A DNA stretch of 64,000 nucleotides from an uncultured Bacteroidota bacterium. Lineage in GTDB: Bacteria; Bacteroidota; Bacteroidia; UKL13-3. A model generated the notes under the pieces. That model was given only the letters and a program-made list of their open reading frames with translations, was not told where the DNA came from and did no database searches. The stretch spans positions 55,224-119,223 of the forward strand of contig CAIVZR010000046.1 in the NCBI GenBank assembly GCA_903910445.1. The letters are read 5' to 3'. The position numbers and the translations under genes were made by a program. This document shows, one piece after another, positions 1 through 10,108 of the stretch (the first letter of the stretch is position 1; the number at the start of each line of letters is the position of its first letter).

Positions 1-1841
1 ATACCAATATTATTTATTGCTAGTGGGTCAGACATTGCTGGACACGATTCAACACTATCGACACGTACACTGTAATATGCTGGAACTGTAGGTCTATATT
101 TACGCTGTGTAGCTCCCGAAATCGGCACATTATTTTTAAGCCATTGATAGGTTACACCGTTGCTATTACTGCAGATGATAGTATCTAAATAATGTGTAAT
201 TACAGGCTTTTTCGGCAGTGCCAATATCTTCACCGAAAAGCTCCAAAGGCTAGTATCTTTTGGCCCGGTGCTGATAAAGCGATACTTATAATAAGGTGCA
301 GCGTATGCATTTCCAGGAATTAATGCTAGTACACTATCTACTTTAAGTTTGGTTCCTATCTTAAATCCTACATTGGTGAGGTACGTAAAATTGCTATACC
401 CATCGCTTAGTTGCAAGAAAATTTTATTGGTGTCGGCGAAGGTATTGGTGGTAGCATACGATACATAATCCATATCGTTTGGGCACATGAGCGTATCGTG
501 TTTGGTGATATAAAAATTAGGTTGCTTTACTTTGGCAATCCAATAATCATAGGCACCATTCAAGGTATCAACCGTGCGATCATATTCTTTCCCTGATTTT
601 GAATAGCCTGCCAATACAATATTATCGCCTGGTGTGAGCACCATATCTTGCATATAATCATCTTTCTTTCCTCCCAAATGTTCATCCCATATTGGGCGAC
701 CACCCGAATCAATTTTTATCACCCAATAATCGAGCCCACCATAATTAAATTTGCTCCGATCGCCTGTGCTTGAATAGGAATATCCTCCCATTACATATCC
801 ATTGTCGATTGTTTGTGCGATGGCAAAACAACGCTCGTCAGAATTGCCGCCAATTTCACGTTCCCATAGTTTATTGCCATTGGCATCTGTTCTAATGAGC
901 CAAATATCCAAATACGCTTTATTCTCTGATAATTTATTTCCGCTTTTACCCGAATTGGAATAGGTAGGAAATAAAAATCCGCCATCTTTCAATTCCATGA
1001 AGGTATTGATTTCTTCAAGATTGGTTCCTCCATAAACCTTATCCCACTGAAATACACCATTGGCATTTATTTTCACAAGCCATAAATCGCTATTCCCAAT
1101 CGTATCTTTTGTTTTATTACCGCTAATAGGTGATTTGGACCAAGCAGCAAGCATATATCCACCATCTTTTGTTTGATGTCCTTCCCAACAATTATCATAA
1201 CCCTTGCCACCGTAAGAGCTATCCCATAGCATCCGGCCCACGCTATCGATCTTTACCACCCAGATATCAGCGTCACCTTTATTTGGGCTTTTTTTATTGC
1301 CCGATTTGGCTGAATAGGATAACCCAATTAATAAATATCCTTTATCGGTAGTGGGTTCAATGTAATGCAATTCTTCATAGCTATTACCACCATAAGCACT
1401 ATCCCATTGCTTTACACCGGAGGCATTGAGTTTAACAATCCAGAAATCGCTTGATCCAAAAGATGCCTGATTTTTATCTCCAGTTTTGCCACCGTTGGTA
1501 AATCCACCCACCAAGCATCCCCCGTCGGCAGTTGGCACCACCGAATACAAGTCTTCATTGCTGGTTGTTCCAATGGTTGCATCCCAGAGTTTAGTTCCAT
1601 TACTATCGGTTTTCACTACCCAGTAGTCGTAACCACCTTTGCTTGTTAAAGATTTCTCCCCACTATTTTTGGAATTGCTTTTCCCTGCGAGAAACAAACT
1701 TCCATTTGAAGCTCTTTTGATAGCGTTTAAGTTATCGGTTGAGTCTCCAGCAAAACGTTTATCCCAAAGCCTTATAGGCGACTGTGCGGCCGCCGATAAC
1801 AAGGTCATAAAAAAGGATATGAATATCAGGAATTTCATCAT
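1..1841 (-). CDS. Secreted repeat (beta-propeller-like) protein with Ig-like domain, probable T9SS cargo; 3' end runs off the window
   Basis: Not in the ORF track. Manual translation of the start gives MMKFLIFISFFMTLLSAAAQSPIRLWDKRFAG, a signal peptide followed by repeated 'GGYDYWVVKTDSNGTKLWD / GSSDFWIVKLNASGVKQWD' units. The window edge reads 'TYQWLKNNVPISGATQRKY', an Ig-like motif. Continuity of the middle was not checked codon by codon. Confidence 0.8.
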   Translation of the reverse strand, partial: MMKFLIFISFFMTLLSAAAQSPIRLWDKRFAGDSTDNLNAIKRASNGSLFLAGKSNSKNSGEKSLTSKGGYDYWVVKTDSNGTKLWDATIGTTSNEDLYSVVPTADGGCLVGGFTNGGKTGDKNQASFGSSDFWIVKLNASGVKQWDSAYGGNSYEELHYIEPTTDKGYLLIGLSYSAKSGNKKSPNKGDADIWVVKIDSVGRMLWDSSYGGKGYDNCWEGHQTKDGGYMLAAWSKSPISGNKTKDTIGNSDLWLVKINANGVFQWDKVYGGTNLEEINTFMELKDGGFLFPTYSNSGKSGNKLSENKAYLDIWLIRTDANGNKLWEREIGGNSDERCFAIAQTIDNGYVMGGYSYSSTGDRSKFNYGGLDYWVIKIDSGGRPIWDEHLGGKKDDYMQDMVLTPGDNIVLAGYSKSGKEYDRTVDTLNGAYDYWIAKVKQPNFYITKHDTLMCPNDMDYVSYATTNTFADTNKIFLQLSDGYSNFTYLTNVGFKIGTKLKVDSVLALIPGNAYAAPYYKYRFISTGPKDTSLWSFSVKILALPKKPVITHYLDTIICSNSNGVTYQWLKNNVPISGATQRKYRPTVPAYYSVRVDSVESCPAMSDPLAINNIG

Positions 1842-2044
1842 ATGCTTGGTGTTATAAATAGTTAGGGAAGCCACAGCTTGAGCACTTGCACACGTTGTTA
1901 ACCTCAATTGTTTTGTTCTTTGTAGGGTTGGAATAATACAAATTAAATAAAAAAACTCGAAAAAGTGATATGACTCATAAAAAGATTTCACTCTTTTAAA
2001 AAAGGAGAATGCGTATTTTCGCAACTCATTTAATTTTAATGCAT

Positions 2045-2806
2045 ATGAATTTCGAGTTAGATCAAATACCGTTTAGAGCCGAAAAGCCCAGAAATGAAGG
2101 GCTTACCATGGTAATGGATAAAGGGCTAAGTGTAAGGGAAGTGGAAGACTTCTTAAGCTCCTCTTCAGTTTACACCGATTTATTAAAACTTGGATTTGGG
2201 ACTTCTTATGTAACTCCCCATTTACAAGAAAAGATTGATGTCTATCAAAGTGCTGGGATCCCCGTTTATTTTGGAGGAACTTTATTGGAAGCATTCATTG
2301 TTAGAAATCGTTTCGAAGATTATTTAAAGCTTATCGAAAAATATAAAATCACCCACGTAGAAATGAGTGATGGAAGTTTGGAAATGCCTCATGATGAAAA
2401 ATGTGAGTATATCCGCCGTCTTTGCAAGTATGCTACGGTACTTAGTGAAGTTGGAAGTAAAGATGCTGAGAAAATATTTGCTCCTTATGAATGGGTACAG
2501 TTCATGCAGAAAGAGAGTGAAGCAGGCGCTTGGAAGCTTATTGCCGAAGCACGCGAAAGTGGCAACGTAGGGGTGTTTCGTGGTAATGGCGAAGCACGCG
2601 AAGGATTGGTACACGAAATTGCTCATTTCATTCCAAAAGATAAAGTAATTTGGGAAGCCCCTCAAAAAAGCCAGCAAGTATGGTTCATAAAAGAGATGGG
2701 AAGCAATGTTAACCTTGGGAATATCGCTCCGAATGAATTGATCCCACTAGAAACACTAAGACTTGGATTGCGTGGTGATACTTTTAGCACCTTCCTGGAT
2801 AAATAA
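2045..2806 (+). CDS. comA: Phosphosulfolactate synthase (ComA family)
   Basis: KPRNEGLTMVMDKGL, KLGFGTS, SEVGSK, EARESG, IWEAPQKSQQ, NVNLGNI and LETLRLGLRGDTF motifs. Start moved downstream of the TATTTTCG -7 box. Confidence 0.9.
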   Translation: MNFELDQIPFRAEKPRNEGLTMVMDKGLSVREVEDFLSSSSVYTDLLKLGFGTSYVTPHLQEKIDVYQSAGIPVYFGGTLLEAFIVRNRFEDYLKLIEKYKITHVEMSDGSLEMPHDEKCEYIRRLCKYATVLSEVGSKDAEKIFAPYEWVQFMQKESEAGAWKLIAEARESGNVGVFRGNGEAREGLVHEIAHFIPKDKVIWEAPQKSQQVWFIKEMGSNVNLGNIAPNELIPLETLRLGLRGDTFSTFLDK

Positions 2807-2821
2807 AGAAACGATATTTAG

Positions 2822-2852
2822 AAAAGCAGATAATTTTTATCTGCTTTTTTTT
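2822..2852. terminator. Bidirectional intrinsic terminator between comA and paaA
   Basis: aaaagcagataa-ttt-ttatctgctttt hairpin with A and T tracts between convergent genes. Confidence 0.8.
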
Positions 2853-3840
2853 ATGCCAATGGCAGAACGTAACGAGCATCTTCACGAAGCAAGGCGCGTT
2901 TGATCCATTTGGCGTTCTCCTCTGCCGACCGACGAACTTCTAAGCGCTCTGCATTGCATGGGCCACCTCCATTAATTACACGTTTAAATTCGTCCCAATC
3001 GGGTTCGGTATATTCCCATTTTCCTGTGGTTAAATTCTTTTTCAAATTTTCATCAGGGAGTGTTAATCCCAAATCAAAAATCTTCGGAACATACATATTC
3101 AAAAATTGCTGACGCATATCATCATTGGATGCCATCTTCACTTTCCAGCGCATCAATATTTCGGTATGGCTCGATATTTTATCGCTCGGACCAAAGAAAT
3201 GCATGATGGGTGGCCACCAACGTGTGAGGGCTTCTTGCACCATGGCTCTTTGAATTGGAGTGCCAGTAGCTAAATACACCACGGCATCGTGACCATATTT
3301 TAAGTGAAAACTTTCTTCTGTACAAATACGCTCCAGTGCACGGCAATACGGGCCATAACTTCCTTTAGCATTCGCCAACTGATTTACAATAGCACCTGCA
3401 TCAATAAGCCATGCAATAACCGCAGTATCAGCCCAGGTTTTTGCTGGATAGTTAAAAACATTACTGTATTTACTTTTACCGCTGATGAGGTCGTTAATCA
3501 TGGCCTCTCTGGTTTTTCCCAATGTTTCGGCTGCGCTATATAGAAGCTGTGCATGTCCCATCTCATCTTGAACTTTGGCCATCAGCGCTAATTTCCTGCG
3601 AAAGCCTGGAGCACGCGTAATCCAAGTACCTTCGGGCAATGCACCAATCACTTCGCTATGTGCGTGCTGCTCAATCATTCGAATTAATTGTTTGCGGTAC
3701 TCTTTGGGCATCCAATCGCGAGGCTCTACCTTTTCGCCACGTGCAATGCGGGCTTCAAACTCCTCAAGCAGTTTTGGATTTTCATCAGCAATGATTGATG
3801 CCGATTTGTCGTTGGGGTCGATATATGCGTTTCCGTACAT
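2851..3840 (-). CDS. paaA: 1,2-phenylacetyl-CoA epoxidase subunit A
   Basis: [37 protein letters not shown] and EESFH diiron motifs. Confidence 0.9.
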   Translation of the reverse strand: MYGNAYIDPNDKSASIIADENPKLLEEFEARIARGEKVEPRDWMPKEYRKQLIRMIEQHAHSEVIGALPEGTWITRAPGFRRKLALMAKVQDEMGHAQLLYSAAETLGKTREAMINDLISGKSKYSNVFNYPAKTWADTAVIAWLIDAGAIVNQLANAKGSYGPYCRALERICTEESFHLKYGHDAVVYLATGTPIQRAMVQEALTRWWPPIMHFFGPSDKISSHTEILMRWKVKMASNDDMRQQFLNMYVPKIFDLGLTLPDENLKKNLTTGKWEYTEPDWDEFKRVINGGGPCNAERLEVRRSAEENAKWIKRALLREDARYVLPLA

Positions 3841-3990
3841 GGTTAGTATGTTATAATATTCAATATTGGGGTGCAAAAATGAATCGCATTTCCCAAAATA
3901 AATAAAGTATTGAAAAGTGATTTTACCTTTGTTTGAAAGGACAGTTAGGCAAAAATAAGGAATTGGAGTTGATGTTCCATGCCCTAGCGA

Positions 3991-4710
3991 CTATAATATT
4001 TTCACCGCAGTTTGGTAGTAATTGTTTACGCCCCCTAAAACCTCATATTTTATATAGTACGATTTAACGAACATATCGAATGCGAAGAACTCATGATTGG
4101 GTACATTAAACTCATCAAACATAATAATATCGCCTTCTTTCAAATAGGGGGCGAGGCTCGTAAGCACGAATAGTGTTGATGAAAACAAATCGGCATCCAT
4201 ATGCACAACCAATCTTTTTGAATTATCAAAAGTTTTAAGAAAGCCTGGCAAGGTATCTTGAAATAAACCTTTTACGAAGGTGGTCCTTTTATCATCCGTT
4301 TTCGGAATACCACTTTCCATTTCACCAGCTTTAAAGGCACCCCAATTTTCGGGTAAGCCTTCAAAAGTATCGAAGCCGAAGAATCTAGAGTTTTGATTTT
4401 TGATTTTGTCGGCCCACCATAAGAATGAACCACCATCAAATACCCCAAATTCGAGGTAGTTTATTTCGGTTAGGGTTTCCGAGTTGATGATATGTTCGTG
4501 TAACTTAAAGCGATCATCATAATTAAACTTAAAACTATAAAAGGTGCTATAACCCTTTTGCTTGTTGTCGGATATCCATTTAGAAAGGCGTGAAATATTT
4601 CCTAAAAAAATCAAGGTATTAGAAAACCTATTGAATAAAAGATGAAGTTTAAGAAAGAAAAATATTCCTTTAATTTTCGCGGGCAACTTACTATATCGGG
4701 GAATGATCAT
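3991..4710 (-). CDS. TylF/MycF-like (macrocin) O-methyltransferase
   Basis: YLEFGVFDGGS, GFDTFEGLPE, VKGLFQDTLP, VHMDADLFSS, FDEF. Confidence 0.85.
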   Translation of the reverse strand: MIIPRYSKLPAKIKGIFFFLKLHLLFNRFSNTLIFLGNISRLSKWISDNKQKGYSTFYSFKFNYDDRFKLHEHIINSETLTEINYLEFGVFDGGSFLWWADKIKNQNSRFFGFDTFEGLPENWGAFKAGEMESGIPKTDDKRTTFVKGLFQDTLPGFLKTFDNSKRLVVHMDADLFSSTLFVLTSLAPYLKEGDIIMFDEFNVPNHEFFAFDMFVKSYYIKYEVLGGVNNYYQTAVKIL

Positions 4711-5036
4711 TTTTCAAAAATAATTTATTTTTAGACATCTCCTATTTAACTGGCATTTTTAAATTAATGCTTTAAAATATCACCAATTTTAATTGTCGAG
4801 AAAATCAAAATTTAGAAGGAAAAGTATTATAACTCACTTTCCCTTTAAAACACGAAATTTCTCATCTTCGAAAATATCATTTCACGATTTACTTTTTACG
4901 AATTACTATTGACTTTTTCAATCCTGCGTGTCAAATTATCGTCCTAAAATTCAAAATTTTGAAATTTATTTGTATTATTACCGCTAATTTAGGGCCCCTA
5001 TTTTCTAATAAAATTAATAACGAAAAAAATTTACTT

Positions 5037-5774
5037 ATGATCTCTAACACACGAATTAAGGCTGTCATTATTGATGACGAAGTTCCCAATCTGGACACCT
5101 TAGACAAAATCATTTCTCATTTCTGCCCCGATATCCTGGTCGTTGCGCGATGTCAGTTTCCAGAAGAAGCAGTAGGAATTGTTCAGGAACTTAAGCCCGA
5201 TATTGTTTTTCTGGATATTAAGATGCCCGTTTTAAATGGCTTCGACTTCTTAAACCGATTTACCTCTATCCCTTTCAAAGTTGTATTTACTACCGCCTTC
5301 AGCGAATATGCCTTACAAGCAATTAAATATGCAGCCTTCGATTTTATTTTAAAACCTATTGATCATGAAGAGGTGAGTGCCGTAGCCGCAAAACTTAAAA
5401 ATTCTACAACACCAAGGGTGGTAACCCCCGTTATTCCAAATAATAACATGAATACGAATCTGGCATTACCCACGCCCGATGGTTTTTCATTCATTGAGAT
5501 ATCGGAAATCTTATATTGCCGAAGTGATAATAGCTATACCAAGTATATTTTAAGTAACGGCAAGGCCATCCTGGTATGCCGCGGATTGCGTGAAACTACC
5601 GAAATGCTTGAACGTCATGGATTTTTCCGCATCCATCAGTCGTTTTTGGTGAATGCCCGTTGCATCCGCAAGTTCAATAAACATACTTGCTCCATCTTAA
5701 TCACCAATGGCGATGAACTTCCAGTTTCTACTCGCAAGAAGGACGAATTTCTTCAGTTTGTTGCTAAAATCTAA
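5037..5774 (+). CDS. LytR/AlgR-family response regulator (REC + LytTR)
   Basis: IIDDE, VFLDIKMP, FTTAF, DFILKP; C-terminal FFRIHQSFLVN and LPVSTRKK. Confidence 0.92.
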   Translation: MISNTRIKAVIIDDEVPNLDTLDKIISHFCPDILVVARCQFPEEAVGIVQELKPDIVFLDIKMPVLNGFDFLNRFTSIPFKVVFTTAFSEYALQAIKYAAFDFILKPIDHEEVSAVAAKLKNSTTPRVVTPVIPNNNMNTNLALPTPDGFSFIEISEILYCRSDNSYTKYILSNGKAILVCRGLRETTEMLERHGFFRIHQSFLVNARCIRKFNKHTCSILITNGDELPVSTRKKDEFLQFVAKI

Positions 5775-5776
5775 AA

Positions 5777-5826
5777 CGAATTCAAAGTAATTCCTAGCGA
5801 ATTCATCAATATCCTGAGCGAATTCA
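5777..5826 (+). promoter_or_regulatory. Three direct repeats CGAATTCA with 21-bp period (LytTR-box-like)
   Basis: CGAATTCA starts at 5777, 5798 and 5819, immediately after the LytTR gene stop. Confidence 0.65.
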
Positions 5827-5916
5827 AAAAAACACCAAATTACTATTCTAAATAACCATTTATTCGTAAGCATAAAATCACTCGTTAGTGAATAAATACT
5901 TATTGAATTGAATCTT

Positions 5917-5948
5917 AAAGTCCTGAAGTGCTCGCTTCGGGACTTTTT
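5917..5948 (+). terminator. Intrinsic terminator
   Basis: aaagtcctgaag-tgctcg-cttcgggacttt followed by T tract. Confidence 0.8.
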
Positions 5949-6093
5949 GTTGATGCCCCTTTCCCCGTTTTTCGGCATTTCTTGCGTGATTTCAATTTTA
6001 CCTTGGCTTCGAAAATGAATCCTGTGAATAACTTGTTATCTGTAAACGCCATAAATAAGGCAATTTCGCCGCGTATTTCAAACCCTATACGCT

Positions 6094-6750
6094 ATGAAGT
6101 TTTTTATTGATACCGCAAATCTAAATCAGATTAAAGAAGCCAATGATCTTGGAATCTTGGATGGAGTAACCACCAACCCAAGCTTGATGGCTAAGGAAGG
6201 CATTACTGGTGCTGAGAATATCATCAATCACTATGTTACCATTTGCAATATGGTTGATGGAGATGTAAGTGCTGAGGTAATCAGTACCGACTTCGAAGGC
6301 ATTGTTAGAGAGGGCGAAATGCTGGCTGCATTGCATAAAAATATTGTTGTAAAAGTGCCAATGATAAAAGATGGTATCAAAGCCATCAAATATTTTAGCA
6401 GCAAAGGAATCAAAACCAATTGCACATTGGTATTCAGTGCTGGACAAGCTATTTTGGCTGCCAAGGCAGGTGCCACCTATATCTCACCATTCTTAGGACG
6501 ATTAGATGATATTAGTTATGATGGTATTGAGCTAATCAATCAAATTGTACATATCTATAATATTCAAGCTTACGAAACGCAAGTACTTGCAGCTTCTATT
6601 CGCAACCCTGTTCATATTGTAAAATGTGCAGAAGCAGGTGCCGATGTGATAACAAGCCCACTCGATTCAATTCTTGCACTCTTAAAACATCCTCTTACCG
6701 ATATTGGTTTAGAGAAATTCTTAGCCGATTATAAAAAAGGGAACCAGTAA
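6094..6750 (+). CDS. fsa: Transaldolase / fructose-6-phosphate aldolase (TalC/FSA type)
   Basis: [51 protein letters not shown]. Confidence 0.92.
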   Translation: MKFFIDTANLNQIKEANDLGILDGVTTNPSLMAKEGITGAENIINHYVTICNMVDGDVSAEVISTDFEGIVREGEMLAALHKNIVVKVPMIKDGIKAIKYFSSKGIKTNCTLVFSAGQAILAAKAGATYISPFLGRLDDISYDGIELINQIVHIYNIQAYETQVLAASIRNPVHIVKCAEAGADVITSPLDSILALLKHPLTDIGLEKFLADYKKGNQ

Positions 6751-6839
6751 GTAGCTTCTTATTTCAAGGACGACGGTTATTGCATTTGCAATGATCTTAA
6801 TCTTTGGTAACCAACAATCATCTATAAAATCGATAGCCC

Positions 6840-7757
6840 TTGCACGCCGTAATAGATCTCGGAACAAACACCTTTCATTTGTTACTGGCAAAAGTTGTCG
6901 GTACAAAGGAAGTGCAAGAGGTTTTCAAACTCCAAATCCCTGTTAAGCTGGGCGAAGGAGGTATTAATAATAAAACCATCACTGCCCCCGCCTTCGAAAG
7001 GGGCTTGAAAGCGCTTCAACAGTTTCAGGAGGTCATCACCGAATATAAAATTTCAAAGGTCTTTGCCTTCGCAACTTCCGCAATAAGAGGCGCAGATAAC
7101 GGACCTGATTTTGTGGCCGAAGTAAAAAAACAAACTGGCATTGAAATCAATGTAATCACTGGTGAAGAAGAAGCCGACCTCATTTTCTATGGAGTGAAGC
7201 ATACCGTAGCCCTCACCAACGAAAGGGTGCTTGTAATGGATATTGGTGGAGGTAGTGTAGAGTTTATTATCGCCAATAACGAGGAGATATTTTGGAAACA
7301 TAGCTTCTTACTCGGTGCAGCCCGCCTGCTGGAGCTGTATCATACCACCGACCCCATCTCAAAAGAGGAACAATCGGCGCTAATCAAATACCTTGATTTC
7401 GAATTACTTCCTTTAAAGAATGCCATTCATGAATTCCCGGTGAAGACCTTGATTGGTTCGGCTGGGTCATTTGAAAGTTTGGTAGAGATGATTGAGCAAA
7501 ACCTCGATAAAAAGCTTCATTTTACTACCAGCTGCCCAGTATTAATCGATGATTATCACAAGATTCATGAGCTCATATTAAAGTCGACCCATGCCGACCG
7601 CATGAATTTCAAAGGACTCATACCTTACCGTGGAGAGATGATTGTGATGAGTTTCATGCTTATCGAATATGTGCTCCGTGCATTCCATATTGAAACGCTC
7701 TTTGCCTCCGACTATTCCCTTAAAGAAGGGGCACTCTTTAAAATGAGTGGTGTATAA
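6840..7757 (+). CDS. ppx: Ppx/GppA family exopolyphosphatase
   Basis: IDLGTNTFHL, ATSAIR, ITGEEEA, DIGGGSVE, LKEG; TTG start. Confidence 0.88.
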   Translation: MHAVIDLGTNTFHLLLAKVVGTKEVQEVFKLQIPVKLGEGGINNKTITAPAFERGLKALQQFQEVITEYKISKVFAFATSAIRGADNGPDFVAEVKKQTGIEINVITGEEEADLIFYGVKHTVALTNERVLVMDIGGGSVEFIIANNEEIFWKHSFLLGAARLLELYHTTDPISKEEQSALIKYLDFELLPLKNAIHEFPVKTLIGSAGSFESLVEMIEQNLDKKLHFTTSCPVLIDDYHKIHELILKSTHADRMNFKGLIPYRGEMIVMSFMLIEYVLRAFHIETLFASDYSLKEGALFKMSGV

Positions 7758-7815
7758 GCTTTTCACAATTCTTTTTTATTTTATCGTCCCAAACAATTAT
7801 TTTCGCTCTCTGTAT

Positions 7816-8340
7816 ATGAAAAAATTAAATTACGCATCTCTTTCCATCATTGGAATCATTGTATTAGTGGCTGCTTTGCGCGTCGCACAAGTATTTCCAC
7901 CCAATTTCGCCCCGGTTACAGCGCTTTGTTTACTAGGTAGTGCCTATTTCAGCCGCAAATGGATGGCATTCATTATTCCTACTGCAGTGCTGGCCTTGAG
8001 CGATATTTTTATCGGTGGAGGTAAAGAATTAATCAGCGTTTATTTTGCTTACGCGCTCATCATCTTATTGGGTTTTGCACTTAACAATAATGTAAAACCA
8101 TTGCGTGTATTAGCTACAAGCCTTGGAGCATCCGTATTGTTTTATGTAGTTACCAATTTCTTTTGCTGGTATGGAAGCCCATATTATACTCAAGATCTAA
8201 GCGGATTCACCACAAATTATGTTGGAGCACTTCCTTATTTCAGAACATCATTAGTTAGCGATTTAGGATATAGCGCATTATTCTTCACTGCCTTCGAACA
8301 AGTTAGAGTTCGTTTCCCTCAGTTTTCTACTGCCAAGTAA
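7816..8340 (+). CDS. DUF6580-like small membrane transport protein (ECF S-component/BtuM-like)
   Basis: About 5-6 hydrophobic segments; PNFAPVTAL, LSD, FYVVTNF, ALPYFR motifs. Confidence 0.65.
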   Translation: MKKLNYASLSIIGIIVLVAALRVAQVFPPNFAPVTALCLLGSAYFSRKWMAFIIPTAVLALSDIFIGGGKELISVYFAYALIILLGFALNNNVKPLRVLATSLGASVLFYVVTNFFCWYGSPYYTQDLSGFTTNYVGALPYFRTSLVSDLGYSALFFTAFEQVRVRFPQFSTAK

Positions 8341-8360
8341 TTCATAAAATTCAACCTTAT

Positions 8361-8396
8361 AAAAAAGCCCCGAAGGATTTTCCATCGGGGCTTTTT
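8361..8396. terminator. Bidirectional intrinsic terminator
   Basis: aaaaaagccccga...tcggggcttttt between convergent genes. Confidence 0.85.
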
Positions 8397-8398
8397 AT

Positions 8399-10045
8399 TT
8401 ATTTCACTTTTAGAAGCGATTTATATCTTGCTTCATCATGCAAGATGAGCAATGCCGCTTTTAGGTCGGTATCGTCGTCAAAAGTGCTCTCAACTGATGC
8501 TTTCTGGAAATAATATCTTTTGGTAATTTCCAATTCAAGTAATTCCTCGATTTCTACTTTGGCTCTTTCTAAGTCCGTTTTCTTATCATGAGATAGTTTC
8601 TTCTTCAAGTCATCATAATCGGTTTTGATGGCATCAAAATATTTCTCTTGCTCTGCCTTGGCTTTTAATTGCTCAAGTTCTTGCTCAGTCTCTGTAGTAT
8701 ATTGATAATCCTTATTGGCTATGAATTTCATGAAATCCTGCCAATCTGTTTCAGTTAATTTAAACTGGGCAGTAGGAACTATTGTGGCGTGTGTATTTCT
8801 GTATTTATTGGCATACTCAAAGATGATGTTCTTATCGTATAAACTTTTAGCAATGGTACTCAACTTCTGAGCATCTACTTCCACATCGGGCTTAATTCCA
8901 CCACCATCTTTTACAATCCTTCCGCCTTTGGTTCTAAATTCATGAGTTAAGGAATCGGGCACCTTGCCTACACTACCATCTTCGTTACGGTGGGTATAAT
9001 CGAGTGCCTGAATACAACGCCCACTCGGGGTGTAATATTTGGCGATGGTAATTTTCATTTGGGTATTGTAGGTAAGTGGGCGGGTATTTTGAACAAGCCC
9101 CTTACCAAAACTTCTTTGACCTACAATAACCCCACGATCCAAGTCCTGAATGGTACCCGCCACAATCTCAGAAGCCGAAGCCGATCCTCTATTGGTGAGC
9201 ACTGCCAAGGGCAAGTCGAGGTCGAGGCCAGCATTTAACGTGCGATATTCTTTATCCCATTCTTTCACTTTACCTCTTGTATTCACCACCAGCTGTCCTC
9301 GATCAACAAAGCAGTTTACAATATTTACCGCCTCATGCAATAAGCCACCGGGGTTTCCTCTTAAATCCAAAATGATACCTTTCACTTTTCCTGTTTTCTT
9401 TAATTCTTCAAGGGCATCATGCACTTCCTTTCCGGCATCGTTAGTAAATCCTGTTTGTTTGATATAAGCAATATCGTCGCCTATCATTCCATAAAACGGC
9501 ACATTCTTCAATTTGATATCATCGCGTTTTAATTTCTTAATGATGATTTCATCATCGCGTTTAATCTTCAATGTTATCTCTGTTCCGGCTTGTCCCTTCA
9601 ACATCTTACTGATATCTGCACTCACTTTGTTACGAGTGCTCTTGCCATCCACTTCCAAAATAATATCCCCGCTTCTCAAATCCTCACGTTGCGCAGGAGA
9701 GCCATCATAGGGCTCTGTGATCATCACATATTCGCCATGTTGTGCAACGGATGCTCCAATGCCACCATACTCGCCAGTAGTTAAGAAACGGGCGTCTTCA
9801 ATCTCTGCTTCACTATAAAAATTGGTGTAAGGGTCAAGCGAATTCAACATCCCATCAATTCCACTACGAATTAGTTTACCGGGTTCAACCTCGTCTACAT
9901 AGTAGGTGTTGACTTCCTTATATGCAGTTGAAAAAATATCCAGGTTCTTGCTGATTTCAAAGTACTGGTCGGCAATGAAAGCCGAGCCACTCAGTCCGAT
10001 AATTACACCCGATGCGATGATTGCAATTTTTTTGAAGGTCGTCAT
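8399..10045 (-). CDS. S41 family C-terminal processing protease (PDZ)
   Basis: LDPYT, YGGIG, DLRGNPGGLL, SASASEIV, SFGKGLVQ, YYTPSGR. Confidence 0.93.
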   Translation of the reverse strand: MTTFKKIAIIASGVIIGLSGSAFIADQYFEISKNLDIFSTAYKEVNTYYVDEVEPGKLIRSGIDGMLNSLDPYTNFYSEAEIEDARFLTTGEYGGIGASVAQHGEYVMITEPYDGSPAQREDLRSGDIILEVDGKSTRNKVSADISKMLKGQAGTEITLKIKRDDEIIIKKLKRDDIKLKNVPFYGMIGDDIAYIKQTGFTNDAGKEVHDALEELKKTGKVKGIILDLRGNPGGLLHEAVNIVNCFVDRGQLVVNTRGKVKEWDKEYRTLNAGLDLDLPLAVLTNRGSASASEIVAGTIQDLDRGVIVGQRSFGKGLVQNTRPLTYNTQMKITIAKYYTPSGRCIQALDYTHRNEDGSVGKVPDSLTHEFRTKGGRIVKDGGGIKPDVEVDAQKLSTIAKSLYDKNIIFEYANKYRNTHATIVPTAQFKLTETDWQDFMKFIANKDYQYTTETEQELEQLKAKAEQEKYFDAIKTDYDDLKKKLSHDKKTDLERAKVEIEELLELEITKRYYFQKASVESTFDDDTDLKAALLILHDEARYKSLLKVK

Positions 10046-10108
10046 GAATTTTTTGAATTAAAACGTAGGAATAGCGAATTTAACTGCATTGATGTGGGAA
10101 AACAAATA

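Noticed and set aside
411-1857. Short ORF-track entries (411-596, 791-985, 1130-1351, 1412-1600, 1639-1857)
   Set aside because: Shadow frames of the long minus-strand gene 1-1841, which the track missed because it has no stop in the window.
1842-1940. Moderately GC-rich leader containing 'gggaagccac' as a cobalamin riboswitch
   Set aside because: The motif is on the opposite strand to the downstream gene, and the other conserved riboswitch elements were not found.
5777-5826. Short periodic repeats as a CRISPR array
   Set aside because: The 8-bp units with 13-bp spacers are far too short, and no cas genes are present.
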